Source of the DNA: an uncultured Nitrososphaerales archaeon
GTDB taxonomy: Archaea > Thermoproteota > Nitrososphaeria > Nitrososphaerales > Nitrososphaeraceae
Assembly: GCA_963695855.1 (NCBI GenBank)
Contig: CAVOHZ010000010.1
Location: 192,001 to 256,000, forward strand
DNA: 64,000 nt
Reading direction: 5' to 3'
In this document: one piece after another, positions 21,875 to 31,951 of the stretch
Layout: each line of letters opens with the position of its first letter
How positions within the stretch are numbered: the first letter of the stretch is position 1
Program-made: the position numbers and the translations under genes
The notes under the pieces: model-generated
Seen by the model: the letters and a program-made list of their open reading frames with translations, nothing else
Told to the model about the DNA's origin: nothing
The model's database searches: none

Positions 21875-23101
21875 TCATGTGGAATCAGAATCTATTTTAT
21901 TAATTTTTTTATTAGCGCTCTCCAAGAATCCTCGGCGCTTTCTAGTATACTTTAAGATCTCATCATAATCAGCTCTTTCTTGCGCCGCATTTAGTATGTC
22001 TGTTTTACTCACGAGACCTATCAGTTTGAAATCATCATCAACTACAAATATTCTATTCATCCTTTTTCGAACTAATTGTTCTAAAGCATTATTAACTTGC
22101 ATGTCTGATTTCATAACTATCAAACTTGATAGTGGTTGCATGATATCCATAGTTTTTTTTTCAAAAAGTGATTCTCCTTTCTCTAAAATATCATCTGTTG
22201 TAACCATTCCGAGTAGCACGGATCGATCATCAATGACCGGGAATGATCCCTTTCTATATACATCAAAGTAATCAGAAATCAAATTTCTTATTGATAAATC
22301 AGGTTTTACTGAGACAAAACTTGTATTCATTATATCCTTTAACCTCATATCTTTGAGGAGATTTGACAATTCAAACTGTTGCAGATATGCTTTCGCCCCA
22401 CTTTGAATAAACCATCCTATGAGTATCAACCATAAACCCCCAATCGGAGAGGCCCTAATAAGCACTACAATGCCTAATCCAATTAGAACAAATGAGATGA
22501 TTATTCCAACTTGCACAGATATTTTCGTTGCACGCTGATAATCCAGCCATCTAACCAAGGCAGCCCTTAACATCCTTCCACCATCCATAGGAAAAGCGGG
22601 AAGCAGATTAAAAGCACCTAACAGCATATTCACAATAAAACCATAAAGTAAAACTCCTTTCAATACTTGAAGGTATGATGGTCCTGCTTCTGTTATTTCG
22701 GGACTAATGAAGGTAATTAAAAGAAAAAATGATAAAAAAATGCCCCCCACACCAAAACTTGTTAACGGTCCTATTACAGCAATTTTGAATTCTTTTCTGA
22801 AATCCCGTGTTTCCTCTTTAATCTCAGAAATGCCTCCAAATATAAATAGAATTATTTGATCTACTTTTACTCCATATTTGGTTGATAAAATAGAATGTGC
22901 TAATTCATGGACCAATACAGAAACAAACAATATAATCGCGCCAGTGACTCCCATCACAACATACTCTGTTCTCGTCAAGTTAGGATAGTAATGTGGCATA
23001 AATCCGACTGATAAGGTCCAAGTTAGAAAAACAAAGATAAAGATCAATGTAAAATGTAATTTTATCGGAATATTTTTAATTTTTAATATCTGAAATGACA
23101 T
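21875..23101 (-). CDS. Site-2 (M50) metalloprotease with C-terminal CBS pair
   Basis: HELAH, FIFGG, IAVIGP, FNLLPAFPMDGGR, followed by two CBS domains. Confidence 0.93.
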   Translation of the reverse strand: MSFQILKIKNIPIKLHFTLIFIFVFLTWTLSVGFMPHYYPNLTRTEYVVMGVTGAIILFVSVLVHELAHSILSTKYGVKVDQIILFIFGGISEIKEETRDFRKEFKIAVIGPLTSFGVGGIFLSFFLLITFISPEITEAGPSYLQVLKGVLLYGFIVNMLLGAFNLLPAFPMDGGRMLRAALVRWLDYQRATKISVQVGIIISFVLIGLGIVVLIRASPIGGLWLILIGWFIQSGAKAYLQQFELSNLLKDMRLKDIMNTSFVSVKPDLSIRNLISDYFDVYRKGSFPVIDDRSVLLGMVTTDDILEKGESLFEKKTMDIMQPLSSLIVMKSDMQVNNALEQLVRKRMNRIFVVDDDFKLIGLVSKTDILNAAQERADYDEILKYTRKRRGFLESANKKINKIDSDST

Positions 23102-23399
23102 AACCTGATATAGTAAGGTTATAGAATTTAAGGAATTTGTTCTTTATCAAATATGCCTAGATATTTAATTTGTATATCAATATATGAGAGCTGAAAAATT
23201 AGTATTAAAGTTTAAATATATTCAAGACTTTTAGAATGAAAATCCAAAATCAGTGTTCTGGTATTGAATGGTGAGGAATAGTTTGTTGGTGACTGGTATC
23301 GCTAGAGATAAGTGAAGCCTGATGTCAACACAAAATGACTACTTGATGAATTTCTTGAGTCCGGTTTTACTTGTAGGAGATCGGATATAGATAGTGCAA

Positions 23400-23940
23400 G
23401 TCATTTACAGTATGTAACAAATAAAGACTATTCAGATAAGTGTTTTTGATAGCGCAACTCATGAAGTAAAACAACAATTCCTGTTGGAACCATCATACAG
23501 ACTATTTCTGATTATCCAAGTGAAAATAAGACGCATATCGCTTATGTTGACAAGCGTTATGTTGACAAGCCGGATATAATTAGAATTCACCGTATAAATC
23601 AACGCGATGGAGACAATAAATGAAAGTGGTTTTAATTCAATTGAGAGGTATGTTATGAAGATAATGACAGACTATACGGATCAATAAAATTTGAGAATAG
23701 TATCTTCGTTTTAGGTTCCAATTTATAATCGTGGAGGCTTCTGATCTTCAATTGGCTACGATTTCTAATGAAATTCCTGGTACTGTCAAATTTTATCTAC
23801 TACAGATTACTTTATCGCAAGCTATTATTGAATAATAGACTGCAGGTGTAAACATGAAGGTTAATTCAAATAACCATGGAAAACCAAATATCAAGATAGC
23901 TAGTTGGACTCTTGACGGATGTGATCTTTTTGATCATGGA
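23400..23940 (+). pseudogene. Degraded YVTN beta-propeller (YncE-like) relic
   Basis: Frameshifted YVTNKDYS / ISVFDSATHEV / KTTIPVG at about 23411-23488; boundaries approximate. Confidence 0.5.
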
Positions 23941-24328
23941 TCAAAATTTTTGATATGTATACAGAAAATTATAAGATGATATCATGAGATCATGATGACA
24001 GTTAACTTAAGGAGTATTTGTTGCTAAACAAAAAAATAATATTGATTTCCATAAATTGCAAGTTGATGGGAAGATAAGAGATTACAAGAAATTCATAATA
24101 ATTTATGGTAAAAATATTGATGTATTTGTTATTAAAAGTGTGAGATCTTAGTAATTGGAAATAGTTAATCAAATCAACGAATTAATACTAGAAAACATGA
24201 AAGATTTTTGTTGTAATAATAGATATGCCTACAAAAAATAACGAGTCCGTGTTGTAAAGTTAAAATCAAGAATTCAAAAGAAAATTAAAAGTATTTATGG
24301 TAATATGTTATAAAATATTCAAACAAAT

Positions 24329-24748
24329 TTGAGCGAATCTAAGGATATTTCAGCCAGTTATGACACTATATTAAAAGAAAGTGCTTTATTAACAACGTTC
24401 TCTGGAATTTTATTTGGATTCATATTAAATATTTCCATTAATCCTCCGATATCTTTTTCATACATTGATAAGGTTCTATTACTTATTGCATTGTATTCAA
24501 TCACCGTTGCGGCATGTCTTTTTGTCATGCCGATTATTTATCATCATATTCAATATCCATACTATGACATTGAGAAAATTAGAAAAAGAAGTCATAGATT
24601 TATATTCACTGGACTTATTCCAGCCGGGATAACACTGGTATTAGGTTTAGATATTGCAAGCTCAGCGTTGATTAACAGACCCGAGGCTTTTATTCTGTCT
24701 ATGATACCAATCATAATGGTTCTGATATTATATATTAAAAGAAAATGA
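24329..24748 (+). CDS. Small four-helix membrane protein (DUF6328-like)
   Basis: Hydrophobic segments; ILFGFIL, MPIIYHH. Confidence 0.6.
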   Translation: MSESKDISASYDTILKESALLTTFSGILFGFILNISINPPISFSYIDKVLLLIALYSITVAACLFVMPIIYHHIQYPYYDIEKIRKRSHRFIFTGLIPAGITLVLGLDIASSALINRPEAFILSMIPIIMVLILYIKRK

Positions 24749-24945
24749 TATCTTGTTGACAAATATATAGTAAAAAATTTTTTTTAACGTCGTCAATTCT
24801 AAATATGATTTATGCAGGTAGGAATTGCTAGAGTCATATTAATAAATAATAATATAAATAATAAAAAAAACTTTGCATAATAAAGATTTTATAATAACAA
24901 AAATATGATGCTATAAATACACTATATATATATCAATTTAAAGAA

Positions 24946-26730
24946 ATGAAAACAAATATTGAATTATCTAAATTATTTCGTAAAATAGCTTATTTAATGC
25001 AAGTAGATCATGATACCGAAAAAGATCCAAATGCGAGGTTTAAAATCAGAGCATATCTTAGAGCGGCAGAAACAATTGAAAATTTATCTGCAGATTTGGA
25101 AGAAATATACCAAAAAAATGGTATTAAGGGATTAGTAAGCATCCCTTCTATAGGAAAAGCAATCGCTTTAAAAATCGAAGAATATATTAAAAATGGAAAA
25201 ATTCAGTTTTTTGAAGAATTAACAACAAGAATTCCCATAAATATAGATGAATTCTATGATCTGGAAGGAATTGGCATAGGTCCAAAAACCGTGAAAATAC
25301 TTTATGAGAATTTGAATGTGAGAACGTTAGAAGATTTGGAGCATTATGCCAAATATGGAGAGTTGAGAAAAGTAAAGGGCTTTTCTATTAAAAAGGAAGA
25401 ATCAATTTTGAAAAAAATTAAAGCACTAAAAAATGTCAACAAAAAGAGATACCTTCTTGGAGATATTTATCCCGTTGCAAAAACTATCGAGAAGCTCCTG
25501 GAAAAATGTAAAGATGTAAAAAAAGTAGCAATTACAGGTTCATTTAGAAGAATGAAAGAAACTGTAGGTGATATCGATTTTCTAGTAGAATCTGATAATC
25601 CTGATCATGTTATTAAATATTTTATCTCTCTGCCACAAATGGAGCAAATAATCGCAAAAGGTGAAACGAAGGTATTCGGAAGACTGGTTAACGGGATAGA
25701 TACCGACCTATTGGTGGTGCAAAAGAGCAGTTTTGGATCTGCATTACAATATTTTACTGGAAATAAAGAACATAACATAGAGTTAAGAAAAATTGCACTA
25801 ACAAAAAAATATAGACTTAATGAATGGGGTCTTTTTAAAAGCAGTGGAGAAAAAATAGCCGGTACAAATGAAGAAGAAATTTACAATGAGCTGGGACTTA
25901 CCTGGATTCCCCCAGAATTGAGAGAAAACCATGGAGAGATTGAAATTTCTTCTGATTATTTCTCCAGAAAGGAATTCATCTCAAATCTGGTAGAATATGG
26001 ATCTCTAAAAGGCGATCTACAAGTTCATACAATATCATCTGATGGTACAAAATCTATAGAAGAGATGGGTGCCTCAGCCAGAGATGAATTTGGATTAAAC
26101 TACATAGCAATTACAGATCATACTAAGAGCTTAAAGATAGCAAACGGATTAGATGAAAATAGATTAATAAATCAAATAGAAGAGATAAATGAAATTAATG
26201 ATAATCTAAAAGAAAAAAATTCAAAAAATAATTTTAAGATTCTTTCATCTGCTGAAGTAGAAATATTAAAGGATGGAACATTAGACATGAAAAACAACAT
26301 CCTAGAAAACCTAGATATAGTTGGTGCATCGATTCATTCTAATTTCAGTCTTCCCTCCGAAGATCAAACAAAGAGAGTAATTGCTGCATTAAAAAATCCT
26401 CATGTAGATATATTATTCCATCCAACCGGCCGTATAATCAATAAGAGAGAGGGGTATGATATTGACATAGATAAAGTGATAGAAGTTGCTAAAGATACAA
26501 AAACTGTACTTGAGATTAACGCCCACTATAATAGACTTGATTTAAAGGATGAATACGTTAGAAAGGCTATCAATTATAATGTTAAACTTGCCATTAATTC
26601 AGATGCACATCATCCACTTCATTTTTCATTTTTAGTCTTCGGAATAGGACAGGCAAGGAGAGGATGGGCAAAACAATCTGACATAATTAATACATTACCA
26701 GTACATGAAATGCTTCGAAATTTAAAATGA
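24946..26730 (+). CDS. polX: DNA polymerase X with C-terminal PHP domain
   Basis: RAYLRAA, HhH GIGPKT, GSFRR.KETVGDIDFL, LQYFTG, NEWG, IPPELRE, GDLQVHT, TDH, HPTGR, NSDAH. Confidence 0.95.
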   Translation: MKTNIELSKLFRKIAYLMQVDHDTEKDPNARFKIRAYLRAAETIENLSADLEEIYQKNGIKGLVSIPSIGKAIALKIEEYIKNGKIQFFEELTTRIPINIDEFYDLEGIGIGPKTVKILYENLNVRTLEDLEHYAKYGELRKVKGFSIKKEESILKKIKALKNVNKKRYLLGDIYPVAKTIEKLLEKCKDVKKVAITGSFRRMKETVGDIDFLVESDNPDHVIKYFISLPQMEQIIAKGETKVFGRLVNGIDTDLLVVQKSSFGSALQYFTGNKEHNIELRKIALTKKYRLNEWGLFKSSGEKIAGTNEEEIYNELGLTWIPPELRENHGEIEISSDYFSRKEFISNLVEYGSLKGDLQVHTISSDGTKSIEEMGASARDEFGLNYIAITDHTKSLKIANGLDENRLINQIEEINEINDNLKEKNSKNNFKILSSAEVEILKDGTLDMKNNILENLDIVGASIHSNFSLPSEDQTKRVIAALKNPHVDILFHPTGRIINKREGYDIDIDKVIEVAKDTKTVLEINAHYNRLDLKDEYVRKAINYNVKLAINSDAHHPLHFSFLVFGIGQARRGWAKQSDIINTLPVHEMLRNLK

Positions 26731-26793
26731 AAGATATCGATTTTTATTTCAAAATTTCCTGTTAATAAAAATAATATAGATCTAGAAATTTAT

Positions 26794-27754
26794 TGTATTA
26801 TCCCATGACATATGTTACACTGTTTTACTTGGTAAGAGTAAGGAGTGTTGTTACACCAGATGCAGTATAAAAGAGATTTAGAAAAGATAAGAAGATGGTG
26901 TATAAGACGTAAACTGGAAGGAGGATGGAAAGTAACCGACATCTGTAAACATGTACACATATCAAGAATGAGTTTCTACAGATACTGGAACAGTTACAAC
27001 AAGGAAGGATTGGATGGACTAAAAGATAGATCTAAAAGACCACATAGAATTCATAGAACAGATAAAAAGATAGAAAATAAAATAGTGCAGTTAAGAAAGA
27101 AATACCATTACTGTCCACACAAGATACAGGGAACTCTTGCTAATCAATACAACTTAAAGGTTGGACATATGACAGTATACAGAATTTTATGCAAAAGCGG
27201 ATTGAACAATAATCCTATCACAAAACCCAGGAAGAAGAGAAAATACTTACGATTTGAGCGTAAATTTCCAAATGAATTATGGCAGATTGACCTAAAAGTT
27301 ATTGAAAAGGAAGGAATTTGGTTGATATCCATTTTTGACGATCATAGCAGATATGTGTTATCATCTATCAAATGTATAGAAGGTACATCAGATAGGATCA
27401 TCTCTCTATTGAAACGAACAATCAGAAAGTATGGAAAACCATTACAGATACTGACAGACCATGGTTCACAATTCTATAATTCACGTTCTAAATTGAAATC
27501 AGATTTTGATTCTTTCTGCAAGGAACATGACATACAACATGTTATGGGTGGTATAGGAAAACCTACTACATTGGGAAAGATAGTGGGAAAGATAGAGAGA
27601 TGGCATCGCACATATGATGTAGAGAGACCCAGATTCAAAAGACATGAGCAATTCATTAAATACTATAATAATAAAAGAGTACATATGTCATTGAACTACA
27701 TAACACCAGTACAAGTGTATAATAGGAGTGTAACACATGTGGTGGGATAATACA
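26794..27754 (+). mobile_element. IS481-family element, 27-bp IRs, 16-bp target duplication
   Basis: Left end TGTATTATCCCATGACATATGTTACAC, right end reverse complement TGTATTATCCCACCACATGTGTTACAC; AGATCTAGAAATTTAT at 26778-26793 and 27755-27770. Confidence 0.92.
26845..27750 (+). CDS. IS481-family transposase
   Basis: HTH; WQIDLK, DDHSR, TDHGSQF, GKIER (DDE/rve core). Confidence 0.92.
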   Translation: MLLHQMQYKRDLEKIRRWCIRRKLEGGWKVTDICKHVHISRMSFYRYWNSYNKEGLDGLKDRSKRPHRIHRTDKKIENKIVQLRKKYHYCPHKIQGTLANQYNLKVGHMTVYRILCKSGLNNNPITKPRKKRKYLRFERKFPNELWQIDLKVIEKEGIWLISIFDDHSRYVLSSIKCIEGTSDRIISLLKRTIRKYGKPLQILTDHGSQFYNSRSKLKSDFDSFCKEHDIQHVMGGIGKPTTLGKIVGKIERWHRTYDVERPRFKRHEQFIKYYNNKRVHMSLNYITPVQVYNRSVTHVVG

Positions 27755-27939
27755 AGATCTAGAAATTTATAAATTGAAAAATATATTCTTCGTTCTAGTA
27801 TTTCGAATTTTGTACTGAATGACAATTAAGGAGGGAAAATATTTTTCAAAATATTGATTTTATTGACTACTAGAAAGAAAGAAATAAAAATAATCTTAAA
27901 GTATTTAAATACAAATTACAATATTAACAAATATAATAA

Positions 27940-28416
27940 ATGACACAGGATAAAGAGACTATAGGAACCATTTTAGTTCCGCATGATGGAACAGAGATGT
28001 CTGATAAGGCCCTAAAGAAAGCCGAATTACTTGCAAGAGCTTCGGATTCTCAGATTATTCTTATACATGTTATTGATGACAGATTTATAGCTTCTAGTGA
28101 TGCAATGAAATTTATCAAGGACAAGACGTCATTAGAAAATGCAAAAGTACAATTAATAAAAAGTTTGAGGGAAGGAGCTGAATCAATGTTGAAAAGTAAA
28201 GTAGAATATTTCAAGGAAAGAAACACACCTATAACATCTGTTTTGACTGTTGGATCACCAGCTGATCAAATTCTACAGACAGCAAAGGAAAAAAATGTAG
28301 GTCTAATTATCATTGGTAGTAGAAGATTTGAAGGGAATGATAAGGTAAAAATGTTAGGTAGTGTTGCAAGGAAAGTATCGGAATTATCTTCATGTCCTGT
28401 ATTAATAGTTCATTAA
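27940..28416 (+). CDS. Universal stress protein (USP) 3
   Basis: ILVPHDG, GSPADQI, LIIIGSR, LGSVARKV, CPVLIVH. Confidence 0.92.
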   Translation: MTQDKETIGTILVPHDGTEMSDKALKKAELLARASDSQIILIHVIDDRFIASSDAMKFIKDKTSLENAKVQLIKSLREGAESMLKSKVEYFKERNTPITSVLTVGSPADQILQTAKEKNVGLIIIGSRRFEGNDKVKMLGSVARKVSELSSCPVLIVH

Positions 28417-28515
28417 TGTTTTTGAGAACAGGAACATGATTGTCATCTATTTTAGTGAGATGAATTTGGGTTTCAACCTACTGAAAAGAATATTATAATG
28501 AATATTTGAAATTAA

Positions 28516-29916
28516 TTATACAAACTTTGAGAGATTAGATGCTATAATATTTAATGGCTCCCACACCGGTGAAATTGGTGGTACGTAACAGGCATCATAA
28601 CTCCAAAGATCGTTAATAGTGGCTTTTTTTAATAGAGCTAATGCAACAATATCTAACCTTCCCTTTACTCCTTCGCCGCCAATAATTTGAGCTCCTAAAA
28701 TTTGTTGAGTCTTTTTATCCGCTAGAATTTTAATCGAAATTGATTTGCTATCAGGATAATATCCGGCTCTGGTAATACTGTTTATATCCGTTTCAATAGG
28801 ATCAAAACCATTTTTTCTAGCTTCTTCTGTGCTAAGACCTGTTTTTCCTATAAATAAATCAAATGTCTTTGTGATAGCACTGCCTGCAATTCCCCTAAAA
28901 ATTGCTTGGCCGCCTGCCGAGTTCTCGCCAGCTACTCGTCCCTGTTTGTTAGCAGTAGTTCCCAAGGGCAGATAAGTGTCTTTACCCGTCACATAATTTT
29001 CAGCAGTAGCGCAGTCACCTGCGGCAAAAATATTTGAAATGTTTGTGTGCATATACTTATCAACCTTTATTGCGTGACTAATTCCAAGTTTTATCCCTGC
29101 ATCGAAAGCTATTTCACTATTTGGTTTAACACCAGTTCCAAAAACTAAAAAATCTGAAAGTATGGTTTTCCCTTTATTTGTTACTACCCCTTCGAATTTT
29201 TGATCTCCTAAAATTTTTTCAACTCTTTCTCCTAGTACTATTTTTATTCCATTATTTTCCAATTCCTGTTTAACAATTAATGACATGTCTGTGTCTATTA
29301 TTTTAGGTAATATTGAATTACCCGATCCAACAAGAGTCACTTCCAAACCTTGTTTTTTAAATGCTTCAACTATTTCAACCCCTATTAGACCAGCTCCGAC
29401 TACCACACAAGAATTTGGACGGTTATTTTCTAAAAAACTTTTTATCGCGATCCCATCGTTTAAAGTTCGTAAGGTAAACATCCCGTTATTGATGTTTTCT
29501 ATTCCTTGTAACGCTGGTATAACAGCACCCGCTCCAGTTGCGATAACGAGAGAGTCATAACTTATTATTTTATTAATGTTTTTTTCTTTATAAACAGAAT
29601 CACTAACAATTATTTGCTTTTTAGAGGGTATTATTTTCAATGCCGACGTGTTTAGCAAAATATCAATGCCATATTTACTTTGAAATTCGTCTGCGGTTCT
29701 AGCAATCAGTTCTGAAAAATCACCGATTAATCCTTCAAGAACGTAAGGAAGCCCACAAGAGCCATAAGATACAGTTGATTCCTGTTGTATTATGGTAACA
29801 TTAGCATCAGGATTGATTCTTTTTGCTTTTGATGCTGCACTAGTTCCTGCAGCAACACCACCTATAATGACTATATCTTTTGGTTTCTTATTCGCGTCAG
29901 CAGAAAATTTGGTCAT
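28516..29916 (-). CDS. CoA-disulfide reductase / NADH oxidase family flavoprotein
   Basis: IIGGVAAG, SYGSCGLPY single redox Cys, ATG, GAGLIGVE, FAAGDC, PLGTTANKQG, YVPP. Confidence 0.88.
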   Translation of the reverse strand: MTKFSADANKKPKDIVIIGGVAAGTSAASKAKRINPDANVTIIQQESTVSYGSCGLPYVLEGLIGDFSELIARTADEFQSKYGIDILLNTSALKIIPSKKQIIVSDSVYKEKNINKIISYDSLVIATGAGAVIPALQGIENINNGMFTLRTLNDGIAIKSFLENNRPNSCVVVGAGLIGVEIVEAFKKQGLEVTLVGSGNSILPKIIDTDMSLIVKQELENNGIKIVLGERVEKILGDQKFEGVVTNKGKTILSDFLVFGTGVKPNSEIAFDAGIKLGISHAIKVDKYMHTNISNIFAAGDCATAENYVTGKDTYLPLGTTANKQGRVAGENSAGGQAIFRGIAGSAITKTFDLFIGKTGLSTEEARKNGFDPIETDINSITRAGYYPDSKSISIKILADKKTQQILGAQIIGGEGVKGRLDIVALALLKKATINDLWSYDACYVPPISPVWEPLNIIASNLSKFV

Positions 29917-29961
29917 AGAGGCATTAATATTTTAACATATAAAAGAATAGATCTATTACGT

Positions 29962-30033
29962 GATTGATTCTTTTTGCTTTTGATGCTGCACTAGTTCCTG
30001 CAGCAACACCACCTATAATCACTATATCTTTTG
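29962..30033. repeat. 72-bp duplicate of 29811-29882 (5' part of the CoA-disulfide reductase gene)
   Basis: GATTGATTCTTTTTGCTTTTGATGCTGCACTAGTTCCTGCAGCAACACCACCTATAAT(G/C)ACTATATCTTTTG in both places, one mismatch. Confidence 0.9.
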
Positions 30034-30326
30034 AATTTGAAGAGAATCAAAATATCAAAAGAATTAAAGTAATTATAAAAGTTTTATAAATTTGGAACTA
30101 TTATTTTCTAGAAGCTAGGTTCTTGTAAAAATCTACACACTTACAAATTACGCAATAAAAATATCTTTGAAACACTCACATAGTAAAGATTTTTTATATC
30201 TTAAAAAATACGTAGCTGTCAACACATTAAATGATAAAATATATAATTATTAAGTGACATCAAAAAAAGATTGTATTATCAGATAAATCAGAATCGTCAT
30301 TAACAAAAAGAAAATACGTTACGTTA

Positions 30327-30782
30327 CTACTGATTTTCTAGTAACATATATCTTGACATCGCCATTAAGACAGGATCCTTTGGTTCTTTTTCGCACATTT
30401 TTCTTCCAATGTCTCCAGAGGTAACTATACCGTATAAGGTATTATCCCTTACTACAGGAAGTCTTCTAATTCGATATTTTGTCATAATCCTTGCAATTTG
30501 ATCCAAGTATGTTTCGGGTGCTATCGTAATTAATGGTTGTGACATTACTTCCTGTGCGCTCGTAGTTTTAGGATCTTTATTTTTACTCACTACCCTTCTG
30601 ACTATATCTCTTTCTGTAATTATTCCTACAGGACGATCTTTTTCTGTTATTATTATACAACCAACGTTCTTTAGAGTCATTTTTTCAGCGATATCATAAA
30701 TATTGTTTGTTACATCTGCAGTTTCTAGTGGAATTGGTGTCATTGCTGACTCGATAGCTACTTTGTTATAGTTATTGCTCAT
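30327..30782 (-). CDS. CBS-domain pair protein
   Basis: GIITERDIVRRV, VMSQPLITI, IRRLPVV, GIVTSGD; likely start 30782. Confidence 0.92.
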   Translation of the reverse strand: MSNNYNKVAIESAMTPIPLETADVTNNIYDIAEKMTLKNVGCIIITEKDRPVGIITERDIVRRVVSKNKDPKTTSAQEVMSQPLITIAPETYLDQIARIMTKYRIRRLPVVRDNTLYGIVTSGDIGRKMCEKEPKDPVLMAMSRYMLLENQ

Positions 30783-30896
30783 ATGTGGTTTAAAAAAAAT
30801 TATTGCTTTTATATGATTGGTGTGCAATGCATTACAGAGTATCATGTAAAAATACCAAAGAGGACAGACATTTTAGCATAATACAATATTCCTAGA

Positions 30897-31951
30897 TGTT
30901 GTACTTACCAACATAGGTTACAATTTCATTTACCAACATAGGTAACACTTTCTAGTCTGCTAGGAAGTGTATGAAAAATAGAATTAGAATTACAAACAAA
31001 ATATAACTTAATTCATGAGAAAGAATGGACTGGCGATTCAGTAACTAACATTTGTATACGATATCAGATATCCAGAAAATCTTACTACAAGTGGAAGAAG
31101 AGGTACCTAAAGTATGGAATAGACGGTCTACATAATAGAAGTAGAAAACCACACAATATACAACCAGGAAAAGTAACAAAAGAGATAGAACAGGAAATAA
31201 TCAATTTACGTACAACAAAAAAATTTGGATGCAATCGTATCAGATTCAGGTTAAAGCGTTTAAATCAGATATCACTCAGTACTAAGACGATATACAAAAT
31301 ACTGAAAAGACACGGATTGAATATCCTAAAATGTAAAATCAGAAATAGACAGTACAAAAGATTTGCAATGGAAAAACCCAATCAAATGCTACAGATTGAT
31401 ATCTTGGGACCGTTTTATCTTGAGAATTGTGCTCAAAAGAATTATTTTATCAGTTGTGAAGATGATTGTTCAAGAAAGGTATCAAGTGAATGGTCTGAAA
31501 GAAAAAGAAGTGTAGATGTACTGCAGGTACTGTAAGACTACATAGTAGAGAATGGTAAACCAGAAAAGGTAATGCATGATAATGGTAAACAGTTTACATC
31601 CAAGATATTCAGACGTTTTCTACAACGTAACAACATTAAAGATAAATCCATACCTGCCAGATATCCGCAACTACAAGGAAAGATAGAAGCATATAACAAG
31701 ATACTAAAAAATGAGTCTCTAGCAGTAGAAAACATTCCAAATGTAGAAGATGGAAAGAGAATGTATGCCATGTTTGTAAAAGCATACAATGAAGAAAGAG
31801 AACATGGTGGAATCAATGGTCACACACCATCTGAAATGTTTCTCATGAAAGGAAGATTAAATAGTTGTAAGAATATCAAGACAGTCAAGCAGATAAAAAG
31901 TGTTACCCATGTTGGTAAGTGAATCTGTTACCTATCTGTGTAAGTACAACA
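30897..31951 (+). mobile_element. IS481-family element (copy A), transposase broken by a premature TAA at 31533-31535
   Basis: TGTTGTACTTAC...GTAAGTACAACA ends; 6-bp TSD CCTAGA at 30891-30896 and 31952-31957; QIDILG, DDCSR, HDNGKQF, GKIEA. Confidence 0.92.

Noticed and set aside
30897-30952. Repeated TTACCAACATAGGT(T/A)ACA units that look like a mini CRISPR
   Set aside because: They are transposase-binding repeats inside the IS481 end; no spacers, same units at the other copy
31533-31535. In-frame stops in transposases and relic genes as possible recoding (also 52168 region and 63948)
   Set aside because: Mixed TAA/TAG/TGA stops confined to decaying elements; the paralog has GAA at the same site
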